Part shown: positions 62,906-64,000 of the stretch, piece after piece | Layout of the letters: every line of letters starts with the position of its first letter | Position numbering within the stretch: position 1 is the stretch's first letter | From: an uncultured Leptospira sp. | GTDB taxonomy: Bacteria; Spirochaetota; UBA4802; UB4802 | NCBI GenBank assembly: GCA_964509195.1 | Contig: CAZDWJ010000008.1 | Span: 61,190-125,189, forward strand | DNA: 64,000 bases | Direction: 5' to 3' | Program-made: the position numbers and the translations under genes | The notes under the pieces: model-generated | What the model was told of the DNA's origin: nothing | The model's database searches: none | What the model saw: only the letters and a program-made list of their open reading frames with translations

Positions 62906-64000
62906 ATGGCAGAGGAAAAAAAATCACCCAATCAGGAATTGCAGGAAAAGTTAAGTGTAAAAAAAGAAAGTGCATGGATAAAAATAAAAGACAAAATCGA
63001 AGCAATATACAGCTTTTCTGAAGAGTATAAATCATTTATGGGCAAAAATAAGACCGAACGGCTGTGCATTCGCACCATGATTGAGATGCTTGAAAAGGCA
63101 GGTTTTTCATCAATTACTACACAGCATGAGTTGAAACAGGGCACTGCAGTGTATAAAAATATTAAAGGCAAAAGCCTCATTGTCTGTAAAGTAGGCTCTG
63201 ACCCCATGAAATTGCGCATAATCGGCGCTCATGTAGATTCCCCAAGGCTTGATTTAAAACCTTATCCGCTTTATGAAGATGCAGAGGTAGCGCTGTTAAA
63301 ATCACATTACTATGGCGGGATAAAGAAATATCAGTGGGTAAATATACCGTTAGCTATTCATGGAGTGGCTTTTACAAAAGAAGGGAAGACAGTTGAAATA
63401 CATATTGGCGAAAATTCCGATGAACCGCGGTTTATCATTCCAGATTTATTGCCTCATTTAGCCAAAGACCAGATGAAAAAGACCGGTGAGAATATAATTG
63501 AGGGAGAAGAGCTCAATATTCTTTTTGCCCACATTCCTGTTGATGATAAAGATATAAAAGAAAAGATAAAATTTAATGTATTAAAATATCTCAATTCTAC
63601 GTATGGACTTGTAGAGGAGGATTTCATAGCTGCTGATATTGAACTAGTGCCTGCATACCAGCCGGTAGATATCGGAATTGACCGTGGCCTCATTGCTGCG
63701 TATGGACAGGACGACAGGGCATGTGCGTATACAGCATTCAGAGCATTGCTTGACACTAGTGATTGCAAAGAGACAGTTATATTGTATTTAGCTGACCGAG
63801 AAGAGATTGGCTCTATGGGCGATACAGGTGCTGAAAGTTTTGTATTTGTAAACTTTATGCGTGAGTACATACGTAAAACAGGAATCATAGCAACATGGGA
63901 TGAGCTTTTAGAAAATGCAGTTTCAATTTCTGCTGATGTAACAGGTGCTCTTGATCCCACATTTAAAAGTGTTAATGATCCAAATAATGTGTCGTATCTT
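62906..64000 (+). CDS. M18 family aminopeptidase, 5' part (gene continues past the right edge of the window)
   Basis: Absent from the track because it is open at the window edge. From the ATG at 62906 it reads MAEEKKSPNQELQEKL...IIGAHVDSPRLDLKPYPLYEDAEVALLKSHYYGGIKKYQWVNIPLAIHG...AYGQDDRACAY...ADREEIGSMG. An AGGGGA SD precedes it. Confidence 0.8.
   Translation, partial: MAEEKKSPNQELQEKLSVKKESAWIKIKDKIEAIYSFSEEYKSFMGKNKTERLCIRTMIEMLEKAGFSSITTQHELKQGTAVYKNIKGKSLIVCKVGSDPMKLRIIGAHVDSPRLDLKPYPLYEDAEVALLKSHYYGGIKKYQWVNIPLAIHGVAFTKEGKTVEIHIGENSDEPRFIIPDLLPHLAKDQMKKTGENIIEGEELNILFAHIPVDDKDIKEKIKFNVLKYLNSTYGLVEEDFIAADIELVPAYQPVDIGIDRGLIAAYGQDDRACAYTAFRALLDTSDCKETVILYLADREEIGSMGDTGAESFVFVNFMREYIRKTGIIATWDELLENAVSISADVTGALDPTFKSVNDPNNVSYL

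Noticed and set aside
63454-63960. 168-aa ORF on the minus strand, the only track ORF in this interval
   Set aside because: The + strand carries a clearly recognisable M18 aminopeptidase gene. That gene is missing from the track only because it runs off the window end. The minus-strand ORF is its shadow.
1-64000. CRISPR arrays, tRNA/rRNA genes, transposases, integrases, prophage genes and DnaA-box clusters
   Set aside because: I scanned for regularly spaced direct repeats, cloverleaf-like segments, DDE or tyrosine-recombinase motifs and TTATCCACA clusters, and found none. A covariance-model or HMM scan would be needed to be certain.

Overview
This is a densely coded 64-kb chromosomal segment from a low-GC bacterium (roughly 40% GC by eye). 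AsmA, a LolB-like lipoprotein and a beta-barrel OMP suggest a diderm, and an MCP suggests chemotaxis. I cannot place it taxonomically from sequence alone. About 55 protein genes lie on both strands.

Gene content:
- Housekeeping: queE, glyS, proS, ssb, glgX, leuCD-like genes and a thiolase.
- A complete but rearranged phosphate regulon: pstCA, then phoR-phoB-phoU-pstB on the opposite strand, then tandem pstS genes.
- An envelope block: bactofilin with a LysM-M23 peptidase, a TPR protein with a lipoprotein, GT4 with an acetyltransferase, and an OMP.
- A GntR-linked sugar-acid locus: uxuA, a GH38-like glycosidase, an RraA-like aldolase, an SDR, an MBL-fold protein, an Nramp-like transporter and kdgK.
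- A minus-strand operon: SCP2-like protein, a TPP enzyme of the oxalyl-CoA decarboxylase/HACL type, a Zn-ADH and an alpha/beta hydrolase.

I found no rRNA, tRNA, CRISPR array, transposase or integrase.

Signals not explained by the ORF track:
1. A non-palindromic oligomer, GGCGATAG (extended form TTTTGGCGATAGTTACTG), occurs at least 22 times on both strands, in several reading frames and in intergenic DNA. I expect about 1 by chance. It includes a 19-nt exact repeat and an inverted pair.
2. A fluoride riboswitch (crcB motif) with an overlapping terminator lies upstream of a cation:proton antiporter.
3. A belt of decayed genes lies between the sugar locus and the pst genes: an MDR dehydrogenase remnant, a multiply disrupted PLP-enzyme gene, and a brnT/brnA-like TA pair with nonsense and frameshift lesions.
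4. Two edge-truncated genes and one 48-aa Cys-rich ORF are missing from the track.

All family calls rest on motifs read by eye. No database search or covariance model could be run.
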